DNA of 64,000 bases from Nannocystis bainbridge. GTDB lineage: Bacteria; Myxococcota_A; Polyangia; Nannocystales; Nannocystaceae. Shown one piece after another: positions 31,697 to 40,957 of this stretch. The position numbers and the translations under genes are program-made. The number at the start of each line of letters is the position of its first letter. The stretch's first letter is position 1. The notes under the pieces are model-generated. The model had not been told where the DNA came from. It searched no databases and was given only the letters and a program-made list of their open reading frames with translations. The stretch lies in assembly GCF_028368995.1 (NCBI RefSeq), contig NZ_JAQNDL010000003.1:960001-1024000 (forward strand), in the 5' to 3' direction.

Positions 31697-32995
31697 ATGT
31701 CCTCCACGACATCTCAGGACAAGCCGCCGGGCATCGCCCGCTTCGGCGCCGGCGCGGCCCTGCTGCTCAGCCTGCTCGGCATCGGCGTCGGCGCCTACCT
31801 CACCGTCCTCAAGTTTCGCATGACCTTCACCCCGTGCGCGTCGACCAAGGGCGCCTGCGCGATCGGTGGCATGTCCTGCGAGGACGCGCTGCAGAGCAGT
31901 TGGTCGACCCTGTTCGGCCTGCCGATCTCGCTGTGGGGCTCGGCCTTCTACATGGTCGTCGCGGTGATCGCCGGCGGCCTGTTCCTCCGCTCCGATTTCC
32001 TGCGCGGCGCGGCCCGCCCGCTGCTGCTCGGCCTGGCCCTGTTCGACATCGCCATCAGCGCCGTTTACGGCAGCTACGCCTTCTTGATCCTCAAGGCGCC
32101 CTGCCCCTACTGCCTGTCGCTCTACGTCATCAGCGCCTTACTGCTGATGAGCGCCCTGTTCACCGTCCACGGCGCCCCGCGCGGCCTGTGGAAGCGGCTG
32201 ACCACGCGGCGCCAGGCCGACCTGCTCGACGCCGTGTTCATCGCCGGCGTCGTGTTCGTCGTCGGCCTCGGCGTGCAGTCGCTCGGCTTCCAGGCCACCC
32301 GTCGGTTCGTCGACGCCAACACCGGCTGTGTCGCCCCGACCACCGCCCTCCCGGCCACCGTGATCGTCACCGGCGCCGCCGAGCCCAAGGTCGGCATCGC
32401 CCTGTTCCTCGACCTCAGCTGCCCGCACTGCTCGAACGAGTTCCGCAACGTCGGCCGGGCCGTGCGCAGCAAGGAGCTCGACGTACCGACGCGGGTCTAC
32501 GTGTTCCACACCCCGCGCGCCGCCTGCGACACCGACGCCTTCCCGGCCGGCTACCCCAAGCACCACCCTGACGCCTTCAACGGCGGCGCCTGCCTCGCGG
32601 CCAAGGCCGCCGAGTGCGTCGAGAAGCTGCGGCCCGGCGCCGGCTTCGACATGATCGCCGGCCTGTTCGCCCTCCAGGCCGATCCGGACCCGAGCGGCGG
32701 CCCCTTGTTCAGCCCCGAGCGGGTCGCCAACAAGGCCGTCGACATCGGCCTCGAGATCGACCCTGACGACCGGGACAACGAGCTGTTCCAGTGCATCAAC
32801 AACGACAAGGACGGGCCGACGCGGATCACCGCGCACCAGAAGTACGCCGTCGAGCAGGACTACAAGGTCCCGACCGGCTACGTGTTCCCGATCGAGAACG
32901 GCGCCCCGCGCCTCGACACCGTCAACCACCTGCAGTCCGACTACACCGCCCGCGCGATCATCAACATCGTGCGCGGCATGGTGAAGACGCCCTGA
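31697..32995 (+). CDS. VKOR (vitamin K epoxide reductase family) fused to a DsbA-like thioredoxin domain
   Basis: C..SCEDALQSSWSTLFGLPISLWG, CPYC; C-terminal CPHC and VPT. Confidence 0.85.
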   Translation: MSSTTSQDKPPGIARFGAGAALLLSLLGIGVGAYLTVLKFRMTFTPCASTKGACAIGGMSCEDALQSSWSTLFGLPISLWGSAFYMVVAVIAGGLFLRSDFLRGAARPLLLGLALFDIAISAVYGSYAFLILKAPCPYCLSLYVISALLLMSALFTVHGAPRGLWKRLTTRRQADLLDAVFIAGVVFVVGLGVQSLGFQATRRFVDANTGCVAPTTALPATVIVTGAAEPKVGIALFLDLSCPHCSNEFRNVGRAVRSKELDVPTRVYVFHTPRAACDTDAFPAGYPKHHPDAFNGGACLAAKAAECVEKLRPGAGFDMIAGLFALQADPDPSGGPLFSPERVANKAVDIGLEIDPDDRDNELFQCINNDKDGPTRITAHQKYAVEQDYKVPTGYVFPIENGAPRLDTVNHLQSDYTARAIINIVRGMVKTP

Positions 32996-33010
32996 CCCGA
33001 GCTGGCACGC

Positions 33011-34126
33011 ATGGCCTCCGAGTTCGACACGACGACCAAGCTCCTGCTGGTGCTGACCGGCTTCATGGCCCTCATGGTGCTGCTCATCGCCTACGTGGCG
33101 CTGTTCCGCACCGAGGACCCGCTGCTGGCCCAGGCCGCCGGTGAACAGGGCGCACCGACCGTCAACGCGCCCGCGACCGACTGCGACGCCAGCACGCCCG
33201 AGGGCAGCGCCAAGTGCCCGCCCGGGCAGTACTGCATGGGTGACAAGTGCGCCGCGATCGACGACCTCGCCATCTGCGGCGAGGGCGACAGCTGCCGCGA
33301 CTGCGACTGCGAGATGCCGCTCGTGTGCCACCAGATGCGCTGCCAGGACCCGAGCAAGCTCGAGCGGGCCCCGCTCGAGTGCGCCCGCAACGAGGAGCTG
33401 GCCAAGGCCGTCCGCAACCTGCAGAACAAGTGTGCCAGCCGCGACAAGAGCCTCGGCGACCTGGTCTCGACCCGCTCGTGCACCCCGTCGGACTGGGAGC
33501 AGCTGGCGATCGACGACCCGCAGTTCGACCTGATCCTCGCCGCCTTCCCTGGCCGCTTCTCGGTCCACTACCCGACCGGCCTGCCGAAGAAGGGCACCAA
33601 CTGGCCGACCAAGACGGTGCGCGACCACTACAAGACCCAGATCCGCCGCTTCAAGGACGAGCTGACCCGGGCCAAGCAGGTGTTCGTGATCGGCCGCGCC
33701 TCGCCCGACGGCGACCGCCAGCAGAACCACGACCTCGCCGTGCGGCGCATGGACATGGTCACCCAGATCCTCGGCGAGGTCGTCAACGAGGGCCTGGCCG
33801 AGACCGATCGCAAGCAGATCCCGATCCAGCCGTTCGCCATGCGCGACGCCAAGCCGCTCAACCCCGAGCGGTTCAAGAAGAGCTACCTCGACGTCGAGGA
33901 CAAGCCCGCCAACAAGACCCCGTCGCCGGTGGTCGCCTGGGACGACACCAACCAGAAGCGCATGCAGAGCCTCCTCGACGGCGCCATCGACCTCAAGGAC
34001 CAGAGCTCGCGCGACTGGACCGAGCTGTTCAACGCCATCAACCGCGTCGTCCTCGTCGTCCCGATCCCCTGCGACGGCACCGAGTACAAGCCGCCCAAGA
34101 CCATCCTCGACGAGTCCGCCGGCTGA
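33011..34126 (+). CDS. Single-TM Cys-rich protein with OmpA-like C-terminal domain
   Basis: N-terminal TM; Cys cluster; VIGRASPDGDRQQNHDLAVRR and NRVV resemble the OmpA_C motif. Confidence 0.65.
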   Translation: MASEFDTTTKLLLVLTGFMALMVLLIAYVALFRTEDPLLAQAAGEQGAPTVNAPATDCDASTPEGSAKCPPGQYCMGDKCAAIDDLAICGEGDSCRDCDCEMPLVCHQMRCQDPSKLERAPLECARNEELAKAVRNLQNKCASRDKSLGDLVSTRSCTPSDWEQLAIDDPQFDLILAAFPGRFSVHYPTGLPKKGTNWPTKTVRDHYKTQIRRFKDELTRAKQVFVIGRASPDGDRQQNHDLAVRRMDMVTQILGEVVNEGLAETDRKQIPIQPFAMRDAKPLNPERFKKSYLDVEDKPANKTPSPVVAWDDTNQKRMQSLLDGAIDLKDQSSRDWTELFNAINRVVLVVPIPCDGTEYKPPKTILDESAG

Positions 34127-34132
34127 ACCACC

Positions 34133-34396
34133 ATGTCCAGCGCACCGACGCCGCCCCTGCTCGCCTACAAGCTGGTCGCCATCCTGACGACCTTCATCGC
34201 CGGCGTCAGCCTGCTGGTCGCCGTCATGCTCATGATCCGCGTCGACAAGGCCCGCGACCTGCTGCAGAGCAAGCTGCAGGCCTGCCCGTGCTGCAGCGAG
34301 GCGCTCGCCAATCCGCCCGCGAGCCCGCCGCAGCAGCCGGTCAACATGCCGGTCAACACCCCGGTCAACCACCCGGTCAACGCCCCCAAGACCTGA
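34133..34396 (+). CDS. Small single-TM protein with CPCC and PVN repeats
   Basis: Within the operon with short gaps; host-like codon usage. Confidence 0.65.
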   Translation: MSSAPTPPLLAYKLVAILTTFIAGVSLLVAVMLMIRVDKARDLLQSKLQACPCCSEALANPPASPPQQPVNMPVNTPVNHPVNAPKT

Positions 34397-34406
34397 CCGA
34401 GAGACC

Positions 34407-35624
34407 ATGTCCGAGCCGACCCGCCTCGACCTCAAGGACGCCGACCCCGCGCGGGCCAAGGCGCGGGTGTACGTCCGCTGGGCGGTCATCAACGTCCTGC
34501 TGACCACCCTCGCCTGCGGCCTCGCCCTGCTGATCTGGCTCAAGGAGGGCGACGTGCGGCGCCAGCTCGCGCGCGTCATGCAGCGCGAGAAGCAGGGCTG
34601 CGTCGACACCACGCGCGTGCTCGAGACCAAGACCGCGCTGATCGTCGACCCCGAGGAGGTCGCGCCGCCGCAGGACCAGCCGCGCAGCGGCTACGTCGGC
34701 AAGTTCGGGACCCAGATCTCGCCGGCCATGCTGGTCAAGCTCGAGGCCATCCGCGACCCCAGGAAGCCGGCCGTCGAGGTCCGCTTCGGCGCGCAGGAGG
34801 TCCTGCCGTCGCAGGCGGTCCACGTCGTCAACCTGTGGGCGACCTGGTGCGGCCCGTGCAAGGCCGAGATGCCTGACTTCAAGGCCATGTTCGCCCACAA
34901 GGCCGAGACGTGGGCCGACGCCGTCAAGTTCGTCCCCGTCCAGCTCAAGGACAACACCGACCCGCGCAAGTCCTACCAGGACTTCGCCGACATCATGCCG
35001 CCCTCCGCCGTCAAGCTGGCCGACCGCAGCTACGACGAGAAGTTCGTCAAGGTGCTCGAGAGCGAAGACCAGCGCCAGCTGTTCCGCGGCAACCTGCCTG
35101 TCACCTTCGTCCTCGACTGCAACCGCCGCGTCCGCTGGGCCAAGTTCGAGCAGCTCACGGAGGCCGACTTCGAGGACCTCGAGAAGCACCTCGACCAGCT
35201 GCACGCCGAGCTCGCCGACGACTCGCCCGACGCCTGGTGTAAGAAGCCGTGGCCCGGCAACGGCCGCTGCGAGGGCAAGGAGAACACCGCCGCCCACCAC
35301 AGCCCCGAGGACTGCGGCGAGCTCAAGAAGCGCGGCCCGGCCGTCGAGACCCCGGTGCTCCCGCCGATCGAGCCGACCCCCGAGGCCTGCCCCGCGGGCC
35401 AGTTCCGCGCCGCCGACGGCCGCTGCTCCCGCCTCAAAGGCGCCCCCGTGATCCCCAAGGTCGAAAAGCCCCAGGGCCCCAAGACCTGCGGCAACGGCGT
35501 GTGCGAGCCCGCCCGCGGCGAGAGCAGCCAGACCTGCTGCCAGGACTGCCCCTGCGACGCCCCCCTGGTCTGCAAGCTCGACGCCAGCGACCGCCACACC
35601 TGCCAGGCCAAGGGACTTAAATAG
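34407..35624 (+). CDS. TlpA-family thiol:disulfide oxidoreductase with Cys-rich C-terminal repeats
   Basis: TM; VVNLWATWCGPCKAEMP; LPVTFVLD; CGNGVCE repeats. Confidence 0.85.
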   Translation: MSEPTRLDLKDADPARAKARVYVRWAVINVLLTTLACGLALLIWLKEGDVRRQLARVMQREKQGCVDTTRVLETKTALIVDPEEVAPPQDQPRSGYVGKFGTQISPAMLVKLEAIRDPRKPAVEVRFGAQEVLPSQAVHVVNLWATWCGPCKAEMPDFKAMFAHKAETWADAVKFVPVQLKDNTDPRKSYQDFADIMPPSAVKLADRSYDEKFVKVLESEDQRQLFRGNLPVTFVLDCNRRVRWAKFEQLTEADFEDLEKHLDQLHAELADDSPDAWCKKPWPGNGRCEGKENTAAHHSPEDCGELKKRGPAVETPVLPPIEPTPEACPAGQFRAADGRCSRLKGAPVIPKVEKPQGPKTCGNGVCEPARGESSQTCCQDCPCDAPLVCKLDASDRHTCQAKGLK

Positions 35625-35695
35625 GGCTGTCCTCCCGGGCATGTCCCTCGGAACATGCCCTCATGAACCTGTGCGATCGGGCATGCTCCGAACGC
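35623..35695. repeat. 14-bp palindrome array
   Basis: Cores at 35626, 35640, 35654, 35668, 35682. Confidence 0.8.
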
Positions 35696-35749
35696 CGGGC
35701 CATCGAACACCCGCCGAGCCGCTCGCCAGCCCCGCGCTCACCCGCAAGC

Positions 35750-36040
35750 GCCTGTCCCAAAGGACACCTCGCTCGTCTAACGACGACCGAGCGCCTCCGC
35801 ACCCGGGCCGCCGCGTCCTCGTCAGCGACATGTCCCCAAGGACACTTCACTCGCTGAACGACGACCGAGCGACTCTGCACCCTGGCGGCCGCGTCCTCGT
35901 CCGCGACATGTCCCCAAGGACACTTCGCTCGTTGAACGACGACCCGAGCATCCCGTCGCGAAAACGACGACCGAGCGCCTCCGCACCCTGGCCGCCGCTG
36001 CCCTCGCCAGCGACATGTCCCGAAGGACACATCGCTCGTC
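35750..36040. repeat. About 78-bp tandem repeat (3-4 copies), each carrying TGTCC-N4-GGACA
   Basis: Palindromes at 35753, 35831, 35909, 36016 with conserved AACGACGACCGAGC between them. Confidence 0.85.
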
Positions 36041-36050
36041 ACTCTGCTTT

Positions 36051-37301
36051 TTAGAAGCGTCCGGTGAGCGTCAGACCGAGCGCCCCGCGCCCTGGCCCGC
36101 CGCCGATCCGCAGCGCCTTCGCGTACTGCGACGAGCGCCCGCGCGACAGCCCGAGCCCCAGCCCTGCGCCGGCGACCAGCCCCGCGCCGAGCCCTGCGAC
36201 CGCCGAGGTCGCGGTGAAGATCGTCGCCGGACCCTTCACCCCGGTCTGCAGCTCGGCCCAAGTCGCCGGCGTCGTCGCGTTGACCTCGTTGAAGCTGTTC
36301 GCGCTGATCACCAGCCCGACGATCCCGCCGATCACCGCCGCCGCGCCGACGCCCGTCTCGACGTACCAGGCGATCTTCCGCGTCCGCTCCGAGCGCGCGT
36401 ACCAGACCGCCCCGCTACCGATCAGGCCCACGCCCGCGCCCAGCACCCCTGCTCCGGCCCCGCGCAGCGTCGCACCCGCGCGCAGCTCCGCCGAGCAGGT
36501 CTGCAGGTCGGGCCACGTCGCGCACTGGCTCGCGTCCGTCTTCAGCGCCGGCCCGAACTCCTTGCCTTGCGCCACCCCGGTGATGACCGCGCCCACGATC
36601 GCCAGCCCGCCGCCGACCGCGATCGTCGCCAGACCGACCTTGCGGCCGTCGAACGGCTTGTCGGGCTGCGGCGTCGGCTGTCCTTCGGGACCTGTCTCCG
36701 GGGGCAGGGGCTTCAGCGCCAGCTCGGCCGTCAGCGGCGCCCCGGCCGTCACCTTGATCTGCGTCTCCGCGGGCTCGGCCCCGGGCGCCTCTGCCCGCAG
36801 CACCCACGTCCCCGGGTCGAGCTGGATCACCCCGCTCTGCGCCGCCCCGCTGGGCGACACCGGCACCGGCAGGTTCGGCCGCAGATCCGACGCCAGCTCG
36901 CTGACCCACCGCGCCGTCACCTTCGGCGCCTCGGCCGCTCCATCGGCTTGCACGCGGACCTGCACGCTCGACACCTCGCGTCGCGCGACCTCGAGCTGCG
37001 CCTTGGCCTCGTCGCGGTCCGCCCCCTTCACCTCGGCCAGCGCCAGGTACTCGTTGAGGTACGCCACCGCGTGCGCGTAGTGGCGGGCCGTGTAGCGGGT
37101 CACCGCCGCGTTGAAGAGGAACCGCGGCTCCTTGAAGTCGCGCCACAGCGCCTCGAACTCGAGCGCCGCCTCCACGTGCCGCTGCTTCTCGAACTGCTGG
37201 TACGCCGCGGCGACCCGCTGTTCCTTCGACGAAGCCGACGCCGTGGGCGCGTCTGCCGTCACCATCGCCATCGCCAGCGCGACACCTTGCACGATCAGCA
37301 T
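36051..37301 (-). CDS. Exported TPR/PEGA-like protein with C-terminal hydrophobic segments
   Basis: Signal-like start; PRFLFNAA TPR-like helix; LDPGTWVLRAEAPG beta module. Confidence 0.6.
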   Translation of the reverse strand: MLIVQGVALAMAMVTADAPTASASSKEQRVAAAYQQFEKQRHVEAALEFEALWRDFKEPRFLFNAAVTRYTARHYAHAVAYLNEYLALAEVKGADRDEAKAQLEVARREVSSVQVRVQADGAAEAPKVTARWVSELASDLRPNLPVPVSPSGAAQSGVIQLDPGTWVLRAEAPGAEPAETQIKVTAGAPLTAELALKPLPPETGPEGQPTPQPDKPFDGRKVGLATIAVGGGLAIVGAVITGVAQGKEFGPALKTDASQCATWPDLQTCSAELRAGATLRGAGAGVLGAGVGLIGSGAVWYARSERTRKIAWYVETGVGAAAVIGGIVGLVISANSFNEVNATTPATWAELQTGVKGPATIFTATSAVAGLGAGLVAGAGLGLGLSRGRSSQYAKALRIGGGPGRGALGLTLTGRF

Positions 37302-37542
37302 TCGCCCTCGTTCCCCGGCCGGGCCGCGAGTATAAGCCCCACCGGCCCGCGGGCCAAGTGACGCGCACCCCCTCCCGCGCGCCCGAACGCCCACCTGCCC
37401 TAACGGCCAGGCTCGCCCGCGCGCATCCGCGTCGCTGGCTCGCGGCCCCACGCGAGCCTCACGCCCCCACCGCCGCGGCTCGCAGGGTTACGAGCGCGAC
37501 ACACGAAGCCCACGCGCCCACCGCGTGATCTCGCTACCACCT

Positions 37543-37700
37543 CGTGCACGGATGGCCCCGCGCCCCGACCTCGGCCCGCTGCGACGCGTGCACGAACGGC
37601 TCCGCGCCCCGACCTCGGCCCGCTGCGACGCGTGCACGAACGGCTCCGCCCGACCTAGGCCCGCTGCACGCGTGCACGAACAGCTCCGCGCCCGACCTCG
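37543..37700. repeat. 44-bp tandem repeat, about 3.5 copies
   Basis: CGTGCACG..CCGACCTCGGCCCGCTGC units at 37543, 37587, 37631, 37671. Confidence 0.85.
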
Positions 37701-38026
37701 AGGCGAACGCGAACCTGCGCGATAGGCCTCGACCTGCCCATCGAGCGCTGCGCCCGTGCACCGCCTTGCTCCTGCCCCTGCCTCGGCTCCACGTCCTGCA
37801 CACCTTCAAGCCTCGCTCTCGCCCCGACCTCCGGCTCGGGCGGCTGCGACCTCGCGCCCTGCGTGCCTCGCCGCGAACGCAGCGGGCCCGACCGGCCTGG
37901 AGCGCCCCGCGGACCGCGAAATTCCTGTCCTCGAGATCGTCGTTCGGCGTGAGATCTGCCGGCGCCTCGCGGCCCGCCCTTGCGCTCCGCGGCCTCACCG
38001 TCGACCATGTCCACAAGCGCACCGCC

Positions 38027-39292
38027 ATGCACGCCCGCTCCTCGCTCGTCGTCCTCGCCGTTCTCTCTGCCGGCTGCCTGAAAGATCTCACCCAGGTCGA
38101 GACCGACACCGGCGGCATCGCCACCGAGACCACCACCGAGACGGCGACCGAGACCACGGTCACCACCACCGTCTCGACCACCGACGACAAGCCCGCCTGC
38201 GGCAACAACGTCCTCGAGCCCGGCGAGCAGTGCGACGACGGCAACGCCGCCGACGGCGACGGCTGCGAGGCCGACTGCACCACCACCCCCGGCGAGAACT
38301 GCGGCAACGGCGAGCTCGACGACGGCGAGGACTGCGACGACGGCAACACCGTGGGCGGGGATGGCTGCGAGAACAACTGCACCGAGACCGTCATCCCCGC
38401 CTCCTGCGGCGACGGCAAGATGGACCCCGGCGAGCAGTGCGACGACGGCAACGACGACAACTCCGACGCCTGCACCAACACCTGCAAGACCGCCGTCTGC
38501 GGCGACGGACTCATCCTCGCCGGCACCGAAGCCTGCGACGACGGCGGACCCAGCGCTACTTGCGACGCTGACTGCACCGTCGCCGAGTGTGGCGACGGCA
38601 CCGTCAACGGCGACGCAGGGGAAGAGTGCGACGATCAAAACGAAGTCGATACGGACGCCTGCATCGCTTGCAAGACCGCGACCTGCGGCGATGGCTTCGT
38701 CCAGGCCGGCGCCGAGGAGTGCGACGACGGCACCCCGGACGGAGATGATCTCTGCAATGAATGCAAGAACGTCCCCTATCGCTACATCTTCACGACGGCG
38801 GCGACATACACCGGAAAATTTGGCAACGTCATTGTCGCCGACACCTCGTGCACGACCGCGGCCATCGGGGCGGATCTGCCGATCTCCGACAACACACAAT
38901 GGGTCGCCTGGCTGAGCGCCGGCGCGAGCCAGGCTATCCAGCGCCTCGATACCGGCTTCACGGGCTGGTATGTCCTGCCGACCACCCCCCCCACGCTCGT
39001 CGCGAGGGGATGGGCGGGGTTGACCTCCGGCACCCTTCAGCACGCGATCGATGCCACGGAGACCGGAGCGGCGGTCCCCGCTCCCGCAACGGTCTGGACC
39101 AATACGGACATCCTTGGCGAGCTGCCCATGTTGAATATCCATTGTAAGAACTGGAACTCTTCGATGGCCGTGGACAAGGGTCGCGTGGGTCTCTCGACAG
39201 CCACTAACAGCGATTGGACCGATCCGGAGATGCTTGCATCGGCCACATGCGACACTTCCCATCACCTGTATTGCATCGAGGACATTATCTGA
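38027..39292 (+). CDS. Lipoprotein: Myxococcus Cys-rich repeats (DUF4215-like) + DUF1554/endostatin-like C-terminal domain
   Basis: LSAGC lipobox; repeated CG[ND]G..E.CDDGN; YIFTT..AD..C..WVAWLS..VWTNT..HLYCIE. Confidence 0.8.
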   Translation: MHARSSLVVLAVLSAGCLKDLTQVETDTGGIATETTTETATETTVTTTVSTTDDKPACGNNVLEPGEQCDDGNAADGDGCEADCTTTPGENCGNGELDDGEDCDDGNTVGGDGCENNCTETVIPASCGDGKMDPGEQCDDGNDDNSDACTNTCKTAVCGDGLILAGTEACDDGGPSATCDADCTVAECGDGTVNGDAGEECDDQNEVDTDACIACKTATCGDGFVQAGAEECDDGTPDGDDLCNECKNVPYRYIFTTAATYTGKFGNVIVADTSCTTAAIGADLPISDNTQWVAWLSAGASQAIQRLDTGFTGWYVLPTTPPTLVARGWAGLTSGTLQHAIDATETGAAVPAPATVWTNTDILGELPMLNIHCKNWNSSMAVDKGRVGLSTATNSDWTDPEMLASATCDTSHHLYCIEDII

Positions 39293-39407
39293 TCGCAGCA
39301 GCGCATCCGAGCGCGTCGCCATAAGGGCCAGGTACGGCCCACAGATCTGCCTGCTGTGGCTCGGTTCTCGGTGAAGAGGACCGCGCAGAAGCGGCCCAAG
39401 GAACCTC

Positions 39408-40661
39408 ATGCTGTACCGTACCGCCCTCCTTTTCGCCTTCTTCAGCGCATATGGGTGCTTCTACAATCCGACGGGCACCCCCGACAATTCGAGCTCCGAA
39501 ACGGACGTGAGCACGGCGAGCTCCCCAGTCACCACGACCGCGACGACCACCGACGACAAGCCCGCCTGCGGCAACAACGTCCTCGAGCCCGGCGAGCAGT
39601 GCGACGACGGCAACGCCGCCGACGGCGACGGCTGCGAGGCCGACTGCACCACCACCCCCGGCGAGAACTGCGGCAACGGCACCCTCGACGACGGCGAGGA
39701 CTGCGACGACGGCAACAATGTCGACGGGGATGGCTGCGAGAGCAATTGTCGACTGGCTGTCACAGTGAAGTGCGGCGACGGTAAGCTCGACCCTGGCGAG
39801 CAATGCGACGACGGCAACACGATGAGCGGCGACGGCTGCGAGGCCAACTGCACCAAAACACCCAAGTGCGGGGACGGCATTCCGGGTCCGGGCGAGCAAT
39901 GTGACGACGGCAACGAGGACGATGGCGATGCCTGCATCCAATGTATGTCGGCCGTTTGTGGCGACGGCATCCTGTGGACAGGCAAGGAGATGTGCGATGA
40001 CGGAGCATCGAACGGCATGTACGGACAGTGCAACGGCGAGTGCAACGGCCTCGGCGAGCGCTGCGGCGACGGCATGCGCGACGGACCAGAGGAATGCGAC
40101 GATGCCGACATGGTCGACAACGATGCCTGCACGAACGACTGCATTGCTCCTCGATTGGTCTTTGTAACCGCTGCTACTTTCAAAGGTGCTATTGGGGGTC
40201 TCGCCGGCGCCGATGCGAAGTGCACCCAAGCCGCCGCCGAATCACCGTTGCCGAAGAATCTGACCTGGAAGGCATGGATCAGCGACGGCACCAGTTCGCC
40301 CACATCTGCGGGACGGCTGGAGACCGACTACACGGGGTACTACAAGTTCACGAATGAGACCATCCTCGCCCATGGGTGGAGCGCCCTGGTCGCCCCACCG
40401 CTCGCACTCCCGATCACATTCGACGAGAACAGCAATCCAGTGGAGGAACCGCTCCTGGCGTGGACAAACACGCTATCGGCAGGCACCAGCGTCGGCGCCG
40501 ATCATTGCAGCAATTGGACATCTTCAATGTTCAGCACAAAGGGTCGGTTCGGTGACGTATCGGCGAGCGATGCCACATGGACGGACGCCGCTGTCGACAA
40601 TCCCACGGGCTGCTCCAACTCCTTCCACCTTTATTGTTTTCAGAGCGCTCCTGCTCCGTGA
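39408..40661 (+). CDS. Paralogous Cys-rich repeat + DUF1554-like lipoprotein
   Basis: AYGC lipobox; same repeats; LVFVT..ADAKC..WKAWISD..AWTNT..HLYCFQ. Confidence 0.8.
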   Translation: MLYRTALLFAFFSAYGCFYNPTGTPDNSSSETDVSTASSPVTTTATTTDDKPACGNNVLEPGEQCDDGNAADGDGCEADCTTTPGENCGNGTLDDGEDCDDGNNVDGDGCESNCRLAVTVKCGDGKLDPGEQCDDGNTMSGDGCEANCTKTPKCGDGIPGPGEQCDDGNEDDGDACIQCMSAVCGDGILWTGKEMCDDGASNGMYGQCNGECNGLGERCGDGMRDGPEECDDADMVDNDACTNDCIAPRLVFVTAATFKGAIGGLAGADAKCTQAAAESPLPKNLTWKAWISDGTSSPTSAGRLETDYTGYYKFTNETILAHGWSALVAPPLALPITFDENSNPVEEPLLAWTNTLSAGTSVGADHCSNWTSSMFSTKGRFGDVSASDATWTDAAVDNPTGCSNSFHLYCFQSAPAP

Positions 40662-40679
40662 AGGTCTCCTCTGCGCGCG

Positions 40680-40765
40680 GCCGCCAGCAGTCACATCTCG
40701 ACCACCGATAGCTCCACGCTCGACTGCAATACGCCGCGCCACCTCTATTGCGTGCAAACCCGAAT
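40680..40765 (+). pseudogene. Orphan C-terminal remnant of a DUF1554-like domain
   Basis: Reads ..TDSSTLDCNTPRHLYCVQT in the frame of the upstream gene, after its stop codon. Confidence 0.55.
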
Positions 40766-40819
40766 CCTTCCGCGCGCGCGCGCGAAACGCAAAGCGCAAA
40801 GCAAGATAGGAGCCCACCC

Positions 40820-40948
40820 ATGCGACACACCGTGCTCCTCGCCGCCCTCCTCGGCCTCGCCTGCAGCCCCGGCAAGGGCGGCACCAGCGACACCGCCGCC
40901 ACCGATCCCGGCGAGACCGCGATCGACCTCGTCATCGGCACGCCCTGA
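40820..40948 (+). CDS. Very short lipoprotein, probably a truncated remnant
   Basis: AGGAG upstream; MRHTVLLAALLGLAC lipobox; stop after 42 aa. Confidence 0.45.
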   Translation: MRHTVLLAALLGLACSPGKGGTSDTAATDPGETAIDLVIGTP

Positions 40949-40957
40949 CGGTCCCTC

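Noticed and set aside
35750-36040. CRISPR-like array
   Set aside because: The sequences between palindromes are near-copies of each other rather than unique spacers, and no cas genes are present.
38027-40661. Diversity-generating retroelement acting on lectin-like C-termini
   Set aside because: No reverse transcriptase and no template/variable repeat pair differing only at adenines; the shared block lies in the N-terminal repeats.
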